Below, one piece after another: positions 1 through 13,329 of a stretch of DNA of 60,000 bases. Within the stretch, counting starts at the first letter, position 1. Each line of letters begins with the position of its first letter. The stretch lies in assembly GCA_044892525.1 (NCBI GenBank), contig CM097885.1, forward strand, positions 33,234,001 to 33,294,000. Reading direction: 5' to 3'. The notes beneath the pieces were generated by a model that ran no database searches, was not told the DNA's origin, and worked only from the letters and a program-made list of their open reading frames with translations. Source of the stretch: Schmidtea polychroa. Lineage: Eukaryota. The translations under genes were made by a program, and so were the position numbers.

Positions 1-1479
1 GTATCATCATTAAGGCAGTATCGTCTCTAGAATGGATGGCAAAACCTGGGAATTCATTTGGTACAAATTGTTTTAAAAAGACCAAAATTCAATATAGTCA
101 AGATTGTTTAATTAGACCAAATCAAATTTTTGCAAAAAAAATAAATATTTCTTCTTTATACATTTCTGTTACACCGTATACATATTATTATATGCATCTC
201 TAAAGGAGAAGCTTTTGCTCGTTTTCTTTATAGGAACTGAAGTTATTTCCGTCTTCAGTACCTTGAAACTCAATGTATAAATGAATATTTAACAAAAGAT
301 GAAAACTAAATATATTTACTTCATATTTTTAAAGAAGATTATATGTAAAATTCTTTATCCTTTCTACAATTGATAAAAACGATTATAATTATTTTTAAAC
401 AATTACATCAAAAAGGAACAGAAATTTCTAAGGAAATCAGTTTTAAGAAACGATGAAGTGAAATTGTCTAAACTGATAATCCAAGTCTCACGAGATTGCT
501 AATGTGACAAACTGGATGTTATAAAAGACGCTGTTAATTAATCTAATTTTTAAATAAATTTATTTGGTTATGTAAATTTTTATTGCTTAACTGAGATTAT
601 TTTTTAAGTTTAAAAATTAAAATTTTTGTATGCAACACTAAATAATTTGTATTTACTGTCTAAATTAATGGAGAAATTTGTTTATAATTTAACGGAGATA
701 GATTTCTTTTTTTTATTTTCCATTAGTTTTTCTAGTGCAATTTCAATACGAGTTAATGATTTTTCCATTATTTGCTTACAACATTTTTAAACACACTAAA
801 TTATTAATTAGTTTTTATTTTAGCTAAAGTTTTGTCTCCTTAATTGATGATTAATAAATAAAAATTTCCATCTTTGAAACTAAAATTGTTTGTAATTATC
901 ATTATTATTATTATTATTTCAGTATTTGTCTCTTGACATCGCATTATAATTTGAATGTTCTGCCTTCTTATATTCTATATCCGTATTCAAACTGGTTGAA
1001 CTATTTATCCACGTGCGTAATTGAGCGGTTATCACCATCTTTGTTTCATGATAAATGTGATTAAAGTAAATGTTTCTCATAATAATAGTGATTATAAGAC
1101 AATGATAACCATAAAAGACTTAAAATGTTAATACAAAATATATCGCTGGTAATTCTTTATTCCTAATGCAGTAAAATACATATTGCCGTAAGCAACAACC
1201 CTTTTATTTCCATTTTCACTCTTATGTTCTAACACTGCATTAATCATATTAAAACTTGCATCAGTATTGTTAAATAAATCAAAATCTATAATTATCTAAT
1301 ATCTATTTTATTACGTAACAGTTCAAATATTTATCTCTTTAAGATCGAAGACTATTATGTAATAATAAACATGAAATAAAAAGACATGTTTCACCAGACA
1401 ATAACATACACACACATTAAACCATTTACGATAAGTATTAGTTAGGTAATTTATTTATTAGATTAATTATATCTACCCG

Positions 1480-2227
1480 CTTTTAAAGGCTTTAACCATT
1501 CAATATACCAAATGATCATAGTACCTTAATTATCTAACATTTCATAACGGTTTTCATGTATTTTCTTTGTTATTTCCATTGGACCTCTGTATCGATTATC
1601 ATCTTTATTTAGTAAATCTATTTTAACTAATACTTTACCTCCAATGTTGAAAGTTCTACGAATTCATTTATGATTTTACTAACGGTTGGTGTTATTATGC
1701 TGTTTACTTTCTTGTATTATTTGTTGTTGCTTCCTATTGATATTTTCGATATAGTCCGGAATGTTTATGAACTATTTCACGCGTTTTTAATGTTAATAAA
1801 CCTTTCTTTTCTGACAAATTTCACAAGAATTTATCACAATTTTATTGATTTCATCTACTAACAGAACAAAAAATATATTTCTAATGTACTCTCTAGTTTT
1901 TTCAATGCCCTGTGAAAAATTTCTTTGTGAATTTCTTATATAAATGTTTTAATCTTTTCTTTCGGAATATACATTTTATTTTCATATTTAATCAAATAGT
2001 CACTTTTGCATCTGGATGATTGAAGTTACACTGTGAGCACTGTCGTATTTCTATTCTAGATAAAGCATCTGCAATGGAATGTAATTTGCCTTTGCGATAT
2101 TCTAGTTTCATATTCAAACTACTCAATAGGTTTATTCAATTTTGAAATTGGGCTGGTATTGGTTTCTTTGTTGTCATCATAAATGTTATAACTTTGTGAT
2201 CAGTGCGTAATATGAATTTGATTCCAT
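1480..2227 (-). pseudogene. Ty3/Gypsy pol remnant (RNase H C-terminus, integrase fragments)
   Basis: Manual minus-strand translation gives GIKFILRTDHKVITF...LEYRKGKLHSIADALSR (the RNase H TDH and ADALSR motifs) and a downstream YRGPMEITKK tail, with many stops. Confidence 0.8.
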
Positions 2228-4844
2228 GTTTGGAATATTGTGTAAAGTGAAAAACAGACAAAACATATTTTTTTTATGAATTAACCAATTATATTACATG
2301 CATTATATTACATTCAAGCAAGTAATACTAATTTAATAAAAAGTTATAAATAGAAAACAAAAACAATATACCTATATTATATGCAAAAGGTAAAATAACT
2401 ATTAAAAATAAAAAAATATAAAATCAAAATTTAATGTTTTTCACGTCTGTCCTTATTAACAACCCAATGTTCATAAATACTGTCTAAAATAATATTGATA
2501 AACGTTTTTATTCGCATCAAGTTATCTAAATTATTAGTCTTTAATCTGTTTCGTGATTTTGATTTTATAACATTCATCGAGCTAAAACCACGTTCACAAT
2601 CTGCACTGGATGTCTGAAATGTAGCACAGATATCTAGAAGCACTGTCAATTCTTTAATTTGTGAATCTGCATTAGCCAGCTTAACTAAATCAAAAAAATT
2701 AGCTACGGAATTACTTTTCATCTTTTCAATTATTAAAAACTTAAAATCGTTATATTGTTTTGAAATTGCTGTTCCAATTTGTTCGTCATATCCGGGAATT
2801 ATATTTTTATATTTTTTAACCAGCTTTTCTATACAATCTTGACCAAAGTTAAAATCTTTTGAATTTATTATAGCATTATGATCAAATGCATGCCAATCCA
2901 TTACGTCTTCTTCTGGAAACCTATTCTTTATATTCTTTATATACATAACAATTCGATAAATCGTAAAATTGCTGAAGTGTCGATACCAGGATTTTTACCA
3001 ATTAGATCTTTTATATCATTATTCCAATGAACTATTTCGCCTAAATATTGGTTTTCGATTTTGTTGATCCTTGCTTTAGCAAATTGCATTGCATCCATTA
3101 TTGTCAACAAACTCCTCTGAAATATTTTACAAAGAGATGACAACTCTTCAAGAACGTCATTTAAAACCATTAATGAAAGGCGATATTTTGGATCCTTAAG
3201 AAGTTTTAGGCAATATTTGCATATTGGATCATTACATTTCTCCCCTTCCTCAGTGCAGTATTCTATCAATAGATCGTAATTACTAATAAATGCTCTTACT
3301 ACAAAATGTCTTGACAGCCATCTAACTTCATTTAATGGACGAAATGTTAATACATCACATTCAGTTACGCTTGCCAATTCTTCAAAGCTTGCTTTCTTTA
3401 CGGTTGATCTACTAAACATGGCAAATACTGTCTTAATAATGTTTCAATATCACACATTATTGGTACTTTTTTCCAAGCATCATCAATTCCTAAATCTTCC
3501 TTGTGTGCTACACAATGCTGCTGCGATAAATGAGGGATTCTGTTCCGTAACAATGCAGCCACACCATTATTCTTACCAAGCATTACAGAAGCACCGTCTG
3601 ATGTAAACATTACCATATTATGCATATTGATATTATTTTTTATATAAAATTCATAAATAGCTTCAAATATGAAGGAACTAGTATATCCAGTCAATTTTAA
3701 AATTCCTGCAAATACGGTTTTATCGTCAGAAGAAATTTTTGGCCGGTATTTTATGTATAAAATTAAAGCTTTGTGTGTAGATATATCAGTGCTTTCATCA
3801 ACAATTAAACAATGAAATAACGATTCTCTTAGTTCCTCAAGAAACTGTTTTTGTATTACAAAATTAATGCATTGAACAAATTCGAATGCATAATTCTTGC
3901 TGCGCCAACTTTTGGGAATAGATATATATTTTTCTATATGCTCATGAATTTCCTGTACTGATGACATCGAAGTGTTAATTTTTATTGCAAGAATAACGTT
4001 GTCTATCAAAGTTTTGGTATCGTTTTTAATAGATTTTTTACGTTCTATCAAATCTGCACGTATCTGTCGTTCTTCTGTAGAGGAAGTTAACATTTCAACA
4101 ATTGCACCTTTTTTGCAATTACGTAATTTTATTACCGAATCTAAATGTACTTTTTGGCTTAAATGCCTCTTTAAGTAGTACAACTTCCAATTCGTCTAGT
4201 TCTTGCCATTTTTAAACTCACTTTCAGCTTTTGCTTCGGTACATATTTTGCAAAGAACATCATTTAATTTTTTCTTTTATAGTTGACGATGAGACGCATG
4301 TTTCAACAATTTCATTTAACCATTCTTTTTTGAATTTTGAAGATGTCTTGATTGTGGATTTTAAGCTTTCATCTAATTTTCGTTTTGACATACTAAATGT
4401 ATAAAAAATAAAGGGATTGCATTTTAAAATAATTTTTGAAATAAATATCACAGCCTTCTCAACATTAAAATAAATAATCAAAATCATAGTGCAAAATTTA
4501 ATTTACTGTAGATTACTTACTTATTTATTATTTTTCTATCATATCGTGGTGTTATCTGTTAGTTAATTTTAAATTTCACATCCACATTTATTGAATTCAA
4601 AAAAGTGAACATTGACATTTAATTTCAATGTTGCCAATTGAGACCCAGCAACAAATAACCCAGAATTTAGTGTGTAAATCTATACGAAATTTTCAACTGG
4701 GTGCGTTTACGCAATGAAAATGGTGACAAATAAAAAAAATTATTGTTTGCAATAATTTCTAGTGGGCGGATAGAAATGCTGAGTGGGCAAATGTCAATTT
4801 TTAACTGGGCGGCCGCCCGTTTGCCCAGCTTAGCTGGAACGTTG
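2228..4844 (-). mobile_element. hAT DNA transposon (ZNF862-like transposase), 3' end missing, inserted in the Gypsy remnant
   Basis: The 5' end CAACGTTCCAGCTA lies at 4844 (minus) with a GC-rich subterminal region. No matching inverted end or TSD is found near 2228. Gypsy pol lies on both sides. Confidence 0.65.
2431..4391 (-). pseudogene. frameshifted hAT transposase (ZNF862-like)
   Basis: The MSKRK N-terminus starts at 4391. ORF 3398-4183 has DESTD, SDGASVM and HCVAH, ORF 2937-3419 has VRWLS, and ORF 2431-2946 has SSADCERGFS (dimerization domain). These are in different frames. Confidence 0.9.
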
Positions 4845-6180
4845 CTTATAAGTATCAAGAATGTAATTTTTCATAATACCTTGATATATAAACACACTAC
4901 TCTCAAAATGTTTTATAGTTTTTAATGCTTTGTCTAACGTAGAATCAGACCAATTTAAGTTTTCTTAATTGTTTTCATACATTGCTTTCAATCTTTTAGC
5001 AAACATTGCATTATTTTTAATAAATTTCATATAATAATTACTTATTCTAAGTTTTTTTATGATGTGGTCTTTGGAATATTTTTATAGCCACTTGCTTATC
5101 TTGATCCGTTTGGATTCCGTCGAAATTTATAATCATTCTTCAAGGACATACATGTTTCAGGATTTATTTTCTACTAACCCAACGAAATTCAATTAAGAAC
5201 CTTTTCAATAAGTATTAAATATTTCCCCTTATATTTACCAAATACTATAATGTAGTCTGAATAAAAGATTGCTTTCTTCCAAATCAGATCATCGAAGATA
5301 CTTACCATAAATATTTAAATAAAGTAGGTGCTGCTGCAATTCTAAATGGCATTCTATTAAAACAAAATAAAGAACACGACATATTTAATTATTCATTTAT
5401 TATTTAGCCATTTTTAAACACCCAACAAAATTACAAATCTCGAAATTTTTCTCGTCATTCGTGTCCACAAAGGAAACAAGTTCCAACATACTTGCGACAT
5501 TTTTTATTTCTCTTTTTGTTTCTTTTTCTTTAAAACAATGAATTAAACAATATCCTACCAATTCTTCTTTATTTCATATGTGCTTATTCAATTTATTTAC
5601 CATTTTTCCAATTTGTCAATAAAAATTAAAGAGTATTTATCCTTCTCATAGTTGTATATTTCTAAAATCTTCATTAGGCGGTTTCAAAAATGCTTTTCTT
5701 AATATTTGCAAAATTCTTGACATATTTCTTCAAGACCTTCATAAATTAGAAGTAATTTTTTTAATAAGACATTTTATCATAGTGCTTCTATTTGATCCAT
5801 CCAATCCACAAAAATCAAAATATCTCTAGTAAATGCTTAATAATAAATGCTTCTAAATATTCATGTCCTTAATAAATTTAAGTTCTTGACCAAATTATTT
5901 ATATCAACAAACACAATTTGATGTTTTGGTTTACATTTGTGTATTTGGAGTGTTATACAATTTGCGTAATGTTGTAAGGTGGTTTCTAATTCCTGTTTTT
6001 TAACTTCGTGTTTGTTAGTGGATTTCAAATCCTATTTAGATTGTGGTCGGATCTTGGTTATGAATATTTATGCCATGGGTGTAAGACCACATACATTATG
6101 AATGACTGTCCGTCATCTCTGTTCTCAAGTTCTAGATCACAATCGACTGAAGGAATTGATTAATATTAGTAAACACAATT
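4845..6180 (-). pseudogene. Ty3/Gypsy gag-RT remnant
   Basis: The minus strand shows a zinc-knuckle-like CFLCGH (~5460-5480), the RT motif FNRMPFRIAAAP followed by IFDDLI (~5285-5365), and YILDT at the hAT junction. Left-right limits are approximate. Confidence 0.65.
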
Positions 6181-6382
6181 TTGTGAACATTTTTAAATTT
6201 TTAAAAATTTGAATTAAGAAAACATTATTTTATGATTTTTTAGGAAAATAAAATTTAAAAAATTTAATGAATTAGTTTGTTTGAAAAAGAGCAAATTAGA
6301 TTGATATAATTCGAATTTCAATTCTAGCTGATCATGACAGTGAGTCTGTCGAAATATAGTGTAGTTTAATATATAGAATAAT

Positions 6383-6482
<100 letters not shown>

Positions 6483-6809
6483 TCATCTTTAATATTATCT
6501 ATTTCTAAGATTTTCCTAGGATATTCTGAAATTTGTTATTAATTCCACAATAATATCACTTTCTTTAAATAAATAATTAATGATAAGCAGCTGAGAAATA
6601 AATGCTCTATATAAATGAATACGTTCTCAGTTATTGTCAGAAGCTGGAGACAAAACTTATGATAATTAATTTCAAGTTTCTGAGATAAAAAATATTTTTA
6701 TTGTATTTCTATAAAATATTTTTCTTTTTATTATAAATACTTTTTATTTGTATAATACTTTAGATTTTTTAATAAATATATGATATTTGGTATGAGTAGG
6801 TAAATGTGA

Positions 6810-7375
6810 GCACCATAGCCCACTATCGGTTATCGCCCATATATCCCTCCATCTAGAAAATAGCACTAGTGTTGCGATCTAGCGAAATGAGCTTCAACGC
6901 GTTGTGCAATTTTGACTATACTCAGATGTGATTTTTGGTTATTCTTAATATAGAAACCATATATTGTCCAGATATTCTACACGAAAATGATATGTTTTTT
7001 AACGACAAGCAAGATTTTATACAAATATATAGGAAAATATTTCTTTTCGATACTCTTTTTGTGCTATTTAAGGAATCGTTTTGGGAACGCGACATAATTA
7101 GTCGAAACATTCTTCATGAAAAACTTACGCCTTGGTTCAACTAAGAAGAATCTGAAATAAAATCCCAGTTCTCTCAGGAATTAAGAAAAGCAAAATTCAA
7201 TTGATAATTCTCAAAGATTCTGCTAAGTATTGTCGTATTTATTTATGACATTTTAAACATTCCATATTAGTTTTCGATGGATATTTCAAATCTTTGTTCA
7301 AATATCTCATATTATTGCGCCAAATAGTAATCTTTGTTTAAATAAACTCATTTTATTAATTAATCAATTATATCG
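6810..7375 (+). mobile_element. interspersed repeat, probable non-autonomous DNA transposon (copy 1)
   Basis: Diverged inverted homology to ~30350-31115. The shared pseudo-ORF reads DILHENDMFFNDKQDF. Confidence 0.7.
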
Positions 7376-7392
7376 GCTAAACCGATGACATT

Positions 7393-7855
7393 AGTGCAGA
7401 TTACATAACATCCCTGGAATTTGGCAAAAATTCAACGGTTCCAATTCATTGTGGGCCAATGATTTCATTCTGAATTGTTGAAAGTAATCTGTCAACATAC
7501 ATACATCCAACTTCAGATATTCCATCATATAATTGGTGTGTGTGACTCCGTCCCAAATTGGCGGCAGTTCCCAAGTTTTTTGCAGAACTTACAGGCTTGT
7601 GGCGAAATTGTAAGGAAAAATACGTTTAGAGTGATGTATTGATCCCGTAAATACTGCATCTGTTATAGGTAAGGTATTTAATGTTTTCAACGCGCAAGAC
7701 AAAGATTCATTTACAACCTGGTATGAATCAATGAACTTTTATTTCCTTACAATGTGCTAATAGAGTTAGATATTTCTCTGTTGTTTGAATACAACTCAAG
7801 CTCCAGCAAGGGAATTTATTAAAATCAACTTTTAAAATAACCTCTCAGGTAATGC
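7393..7855 (-). pseudogene. Polinton/Maverick protein-primed DNA polymerase B (exonuclease region) remnant
   Basis: Manual translation gives LHYLRGY, KFIDSYQVVNESLS, KRIFPYNF, LPP and EYLKLDVCMLTDYFQQFR...LEPLNFCQIPG. These match the pPolB motifs HNxxYD, FxDS, KGxFPY and YLxxDVxLLxDxFExFR, with stops and frameshifts. Confidence 0.8.
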
Positions 7856-7947
7856 AATTAAAGTAGGTAGTTAGGAGCCCGCTGCAGCAACTCCCCCCCT
7901 GCTGCACGATTTTTTTTGCTGCAACTTTTTATTACGCAATTGTTCCA

Positions 7948-8330
7948 CACTATAGTGAGGGGGTCTCGATGGTCCTGGGATTTTCAATACAAAAAAATTT
8001 TTTCAATACAAAAACGATGGTCCTGGGATTTTCAATACAAAAATCTGACTACCACTAAAAAAGCATGGAATTTTCAGACTATAGTGAGGGGGTCTCGATG
8101 GTCCTGGGATTTTCAATACAAAAAAATTTTTTCAGTAGAAAAAGGCGGTCTCAATAAAAAAAGCATGGAATTTTCACACTATAGCGAGGGGGTCTCGATG
8201 GTCCTGGGATTTTCAATACAAATAAAATTTTTTCAATACAAAAATCCGACTACCAGTAAAAAAGCCAAGGATTTATCAGACTATAGGTGGTCTCCTTGGT
8301 CCTGAGAAACAGGTGGTCTACACTAAAAAA
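7948..8330 (+). repeat. subterminal ~100-130 bp tandem units of element A
   Basis: Repeated ACTATAGTGAGGGGGTCTCGATGGTCCTGGGATTTTCAATAC, mirrored at ~20740-21180. Confidence 0.85.
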
Positions 8331-8339
8331 CGTGGTAAA

Positions 8340-8820
8340 TTTTTTCAATTAAAGTAAATAATGGTTCTAAAAAATTAAATTACAGTTAATTATGGTCCAA
8401 AATTTTCAATTACAGTAAATTATGGTCAAAAATTTTCAATTACAGTAAATTATGGTCAAAAATTTTCAATTACAGTAAATTTTGGTTCTAAAAATTAAAT
8501 TAAAGTAAATTATGGTTCTAAAAAAATTAAATTAAAGTAAATTATGGTTCAAAAAATTAAATTAAAGTAAATTATGGTCCAAATTTTTCAATTACAGTAA
8601 ATTATGGTTCAAAATTTAAAATTCCAGTAAATTATGGTCCAAATTTTTCAATTATAGTAAATATTGGTTCTAAAAAATTGAATTACAGTAAATTATGGGC
8701 TAAGATTTTTGAATTAAAGTAAATTATGGGTCTAAAAATTGAATTAATGTAAATTATGGTTCTAAAAAATTAAATTAAAGTAAAGTATGGTCCAAATTTT
8801 TAAATTAAGTAATCAATGGT
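8340..8820 (+). repeat. ~31-bp minisatellite (AATTACAGTAAATTATGGTC...)
   Basis: Tandem units seen directly. The mirror at ~19840-20710 has more units. Confidence 0.9.
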
Positions 8821-9109
8821 AAAAAATTTTAAATAAGTAAATTAAAGTTATAATTTAAAAATGAGTAATGTAATAAGTAAATTAAAGTAAGATTTTAAAA
8901 TTTATTAACAAAAAATAGAAGGTGTTTGAGAATTGAAATTTTTTAATGAAAATTTTTATGAAATAATTTTTTAAGTAATTTTTAATAGAAATTTTAATGA
9001 AATATTTTTTAAGATAATTTTTAATGGAAATTTTTATGGAATAATTTTTTAAGTTAATTTTTAATGGAAATTTTTATGAAATATTTTTCAATGACAAATT
9101 TGAATAATA

Positions 9110-9799
9110 ATTCAACAACAAACCAACAACTTAGTACCAACAACCAGTAAGTTACGAACATGTAGTTACAACCAGATACCTACAACTAGTTATTAACAAC
9201 CAGTTACCTGATACCAAGTACTTACAACCACCTACCAAGTACTAACAACCCACAACAACCAGGTACTAAGCAATAATTACCAACAACCACCTAACAAGTA
9301 CTAACAACCAACAACAACCAGGTACTAAGCATTAATTACCAACTACTAAGTACCTACAACCAACTACTAAGTACCTACAACCAACATCAACCAGATACTT
9401 ACAACTAGATATTAACAACCAGTTACCTGCTACCAAGTACTTACAACTAGATACCACGTACTAACTAACTCTCAACCCCCACCTACCCATTAACTAGCTA
9501 CTAAGTACTAACAACCAGCTAACAACTAGATACCACGTACTAACTAACTCTCAACCCCCACCTACCCATTAACTAGCTACTAAGTACTAACAACCAGCTA
9601 ACAACTAGATACCATGTACTAACAACCGTCAACAACCAGGTACTAAGCCTTATCAACCTACAACTAGTTACTAACAACCAGTTACCTGATACCAACTACT
9701 AAGTACCTACAACCACCTACCAAGTACATACAACCAACATCCACCAGGTACTAAGCATTAATTACCAACTACCAAGTACATACAACCAACATCAACCAG
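9110..9799 (+). repeat. A/C-rich strand-asymmetric degenerate tandem repeat (CAACCAACTACTAAGTAC-like)
   Basis: G-poor repeated words. It continues at 11997-12300 and 13320-13610 and is mirrored at 18855-19545. Confidence 0.85.
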
Positions 9800-11996
9800 A
9801 ACTCTCTCACTCTCGGTCGATGTTGGCTTAATTGTTTTTAACGCTTCCAAAATATTCTTCAAATTGCCCGAAATAATCCCATTTAACTCATATTAATTAA
9901 ATTCTTTAGTCAGGGATTTGTTTATATCCTCATTTATCGGCATTGTCTTGAACCGCGATGCTACGTTTTGTTGTAATTTATCCAAAAGTGTTGTACTTTG
10001 CGGCTGACTTATTCCTGTTGCTACTGTTGTTATTTCGCTGCAATTTTGTTCTTCTTCAGAGTTAACATCCTTTTGAAAGTGCTTGTTCATAATATCTTTT
10101 ATTGTTTTTAAAATTTCGGTTTTAGAACACAAGTTTAGCTCTTCAAAGGAAATATTTGATTTTAATATTTGTGGATTCTGTAAGAATTGTATAACTGATA
10201 CTATTTGCTTATTTCTTCTTGCGTTAAATCTTTTTTTAATGCAGAAAGAAGTTCTTTAGCCAGACTACTTCTATTTTCATTTATAGTTTCGAATAGGAAC
10301 TGGAAAATACCTTCGCTAGTTAATAAATTTGAATCTTCTTTACCGAGTGCTTCAACAGTTAATTTAACTGGCTTTAAAATATTCATTAAATTTTCCAAAA
10401 TAGTGATATCATTTTCTTCAATAATATAATTTTCAATATTTAAAAACTTTAACGTATCATTAACACTTTCTTTAATTTTCAAATATCTCTCAATCATCAC
10501 TACAATAGTGTTCCATCTAGTTCGGCAATCGAACAATAATGAAAGTTCTTTCCCATGCTTTTCTTTTATTTTATTTTGCAGAATAGAATTTTTTGTTGGT
10601 TATAGTTTAAAATATTTCACGATTTTCCTCAAACGATTTAAAATAATATTAATGTCACTATTAATATTTGGTACTTGTATGTTGTAATCTTCAAAATATG
10701 TGCTTTCATCAGAAAGTTCAGAGTCCGAGGAAGATAAATAAGAGTCAATTTGTGGTAAATATTCGACAGGTTTCTTATACAGAACGTCTAAAATAGCCAA
10801 GTGAACACCATGGTTGTAGCAAAGTTGATGGTATGACGGAATCAATTTACCAAACTTTACCATAACAACTGCACCATCACTTGTGCAACTAACTATGTCC
10901 GAAAAGCTTAGTCCAAAATCACGCAATCTATTTTTAACCATTTCTACAGCCTTTTCACTTGGACAAGAGCCATCTATTCTTGCAAGTCCTAAATTACAAA
11001 ATTTACCATCACTGTAGTGTAGATTAATGTTCATATACCGCCGGTTTCTTGTACTAGTCCATTCGTCTGTTGTGATGCTGAATTTGGTGTTGCTGGTTTT
11101 TAATACATTGATTTCATCGCATATATGACTTTTTATTTCATAATAATAATCTCTGACAAGTTTTTGAATATCGGATTGATGTTTTGGTAGCGTATAGCCC
11201 CGCTCAGTAATTGATTGTCGGATGAAGCTACTATTACTGATGGCACGAAAAGATATTCCATCCTTTGCAACTAATCGCGAAATAATTTGAGCTAAAGATG
11301 CTCGTTTTACAAATTTAAATATAGATGATTGAAATTTTGGCTTTTTGGCAGGAAGATTTTCTTCGGTTTCATTCTCTTGGTGTAAGGTATTTTTGGTCTT
11401 AATTGATATACTATGTTTCGTCTTTAAATGACGTATTAAACCAGTTGTTGATGATCCTTTAATGGATATTTTGTTTGTGCAGTAATTGCATACTGCATAT
11501 TCGCCTTTTTCATTTTTTTTGTAATGTTTCCATGATTCTGATTCCATTATTGGGAAGTCTAATTTTAAATTTTGAATCTACAAGTAAAAAATTTCGTTAA
11601 GAAGTTGTAATAATTTATTAATTCAGTGTTATTTGAAAAATATACCTTCTTTTATTTTCGAAATATTTTTGAAATATAATAATCAGTGTCTTTACGAAAT
11701 CAAACTAACATAACAAAACATTCATTTTGCATGTTAAAGAAAATCATGGAAACACAATAATCACAAAAAAAGCAATGCAATTAGATTCAAAAAAAACCTT
11801 TTTTTTAATTTTTCTCATAGCAAATTATCTCTCACAAAAAAAAAGAATACCTAGCAACTAAATTTTAAAAAAATTATAAATTTTTTATTCTTGTCTCGTC
11901 GAGAAGTACCATAATGTCTCGGCGAGACGAGAAGTTAAAAAAAAATACCATTCTAGCGAGAAATTTCTCGCGAGAAATCTCGAGACAGACACTCTA
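9800..11996 (-). mobile_element. 3'-truncated hAT transposon (BED-finger transposase pseudogene) in left arm of A
   Basis: The 5' end is TAGAGTG. ORF 10600-11547 has a BED finger, TTDEWTS, SDGA and CYNHGVHL, and ORFs 10201-10536 (TRWN) and 9893-10132 follow. It is truncated at TSTESERV. Confidence 0.9.
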
Positions 11997-12668
11997 CATG
12001 CAACCAACTAGCTACCAAATACTAACAACCAACAACAACCAGGTACTAAGCATTATCAACCAACTACTAAGTACCTACAACCAACTATCTACCATCTACC
12101 ATGTACTAAAATCCGACAACAACCAGGTACTAAGCATTAATTACCTACAACTAGTTACTAACAACTAGATACCAAGTACATACAACCAACATCAACCAGG
12201 TACTAAGCATTATCAACCAAGTACTAACAACCAAGTAACTTACCTAGTACTAAGCACTTTCAACTAGATACCAAACACTTACAACCAGATGACCACATGA
12301 AATTATTGGTTAAATATGAAAATAAGGGTTATAATTAGTTGTTTAGTAAATTATGGTGTAAAATTAAGTAATAAAGGATAAATAGGAAAATTAAGGATAA
12401 GTAAATTAAAGTTAAAAATTTTAAATAAGTAAATTAAGGTTCAAAATTTAAAATTAAAGGAAACAATGGTTTAAATTTTAAATTAAAGCTAAATGAGTAA
12501 ATTAAAGTAATAATTTTTAAATAAGTTATGTAATAAGTAAATTAAACTAAGATTTTTAAATTTATTAACAAAAAATAGAAGGTGTTTGAGAATTGAAATT
12601 TTTAAATGAAAATTTTTATGAAATATTTTTTAAGTTAATTTTTAATGGAAATTTTAATGGAATAATAA

Positions 12669-12699
<31 letters not shown>

Positions 12700-13189
12700 A
12701 AAAATAATAATAATAATAATTAAAATAATAATAATAATAATTCAACAGTTACCAACAATCGGTTACTAAATATTTTTAACTAGGTGCTGACAAATAAGTA
12801 CCAAATACTTACAACATGATACCACGTACTAACTAAATCTCAAACAACCAAGTAAAAACAACCAAGTACCAACAATCAACTAAATATTCTTTATTGTATT
12901 TTATGAATTGTTTTTTAAATTAATTGTTTATCTATCTTCAAAAATATGTTTAATTACAATCAGTAGAAAAACCTTTTCAAAATGTCTAAATTTAATAAAA
13001 ATGTTTATTTTCATCAAAAATGAATAATTGTCAACTCAACACCACGTGGAATTCAAAATAATTTAAATTACAATGAAAGACTAATGAATTCTAATTCACA
13101 AAACATTCTTCTTTTAAATGATAACTACTGACTTATTATTGTATTGTAAAATCGCATTCAATAAATACTTATTGTTGATCAGTTTTATT

Positions 13190-13329
13190 ATATATACTAT
13201 GAGTTTATCCGACAGGATGTTTTGACCCCCTAAGGGTACAGGTCGTAAAGGTACTGGTCGTAAGGGTACTGGTCGTAAATGTATTAGTCGTAAGGGTACT
13301 GGTCGTAAGGATATTGTTAACACTCAACC
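13190..13329 (-). promoter_or_regulatory. conserved Polinton-associated module (15-bp repeats + palindrome + TATA), divergent copy
   Basis: TATATACT...TATCCGACAGGATGTTTTGACCCCCTAAGGGTA followed by about 6 GGTCGTAAGGGTACT-type units. Function is inferred. Confidence 0.55.

Larger units (their letters stand above)
7862..12048 (+). repeat. left inverted arm of element A (~4.2 kb)
   Basis: Mirror ORF pairs have a constant coordinate sum of 28654 (10600/18054, 11914/16740). Confidence 0.95.

Noticed and set aside
6560..6710. Possible Gypsy 5' LTR with TATA box
   Set aside because: No second LTR copy, PBS or TSD could be identified
8340..8820. 31-bp array as CRISPR
   Set aside because: Head-to-tail degenerate units with no unique spacers
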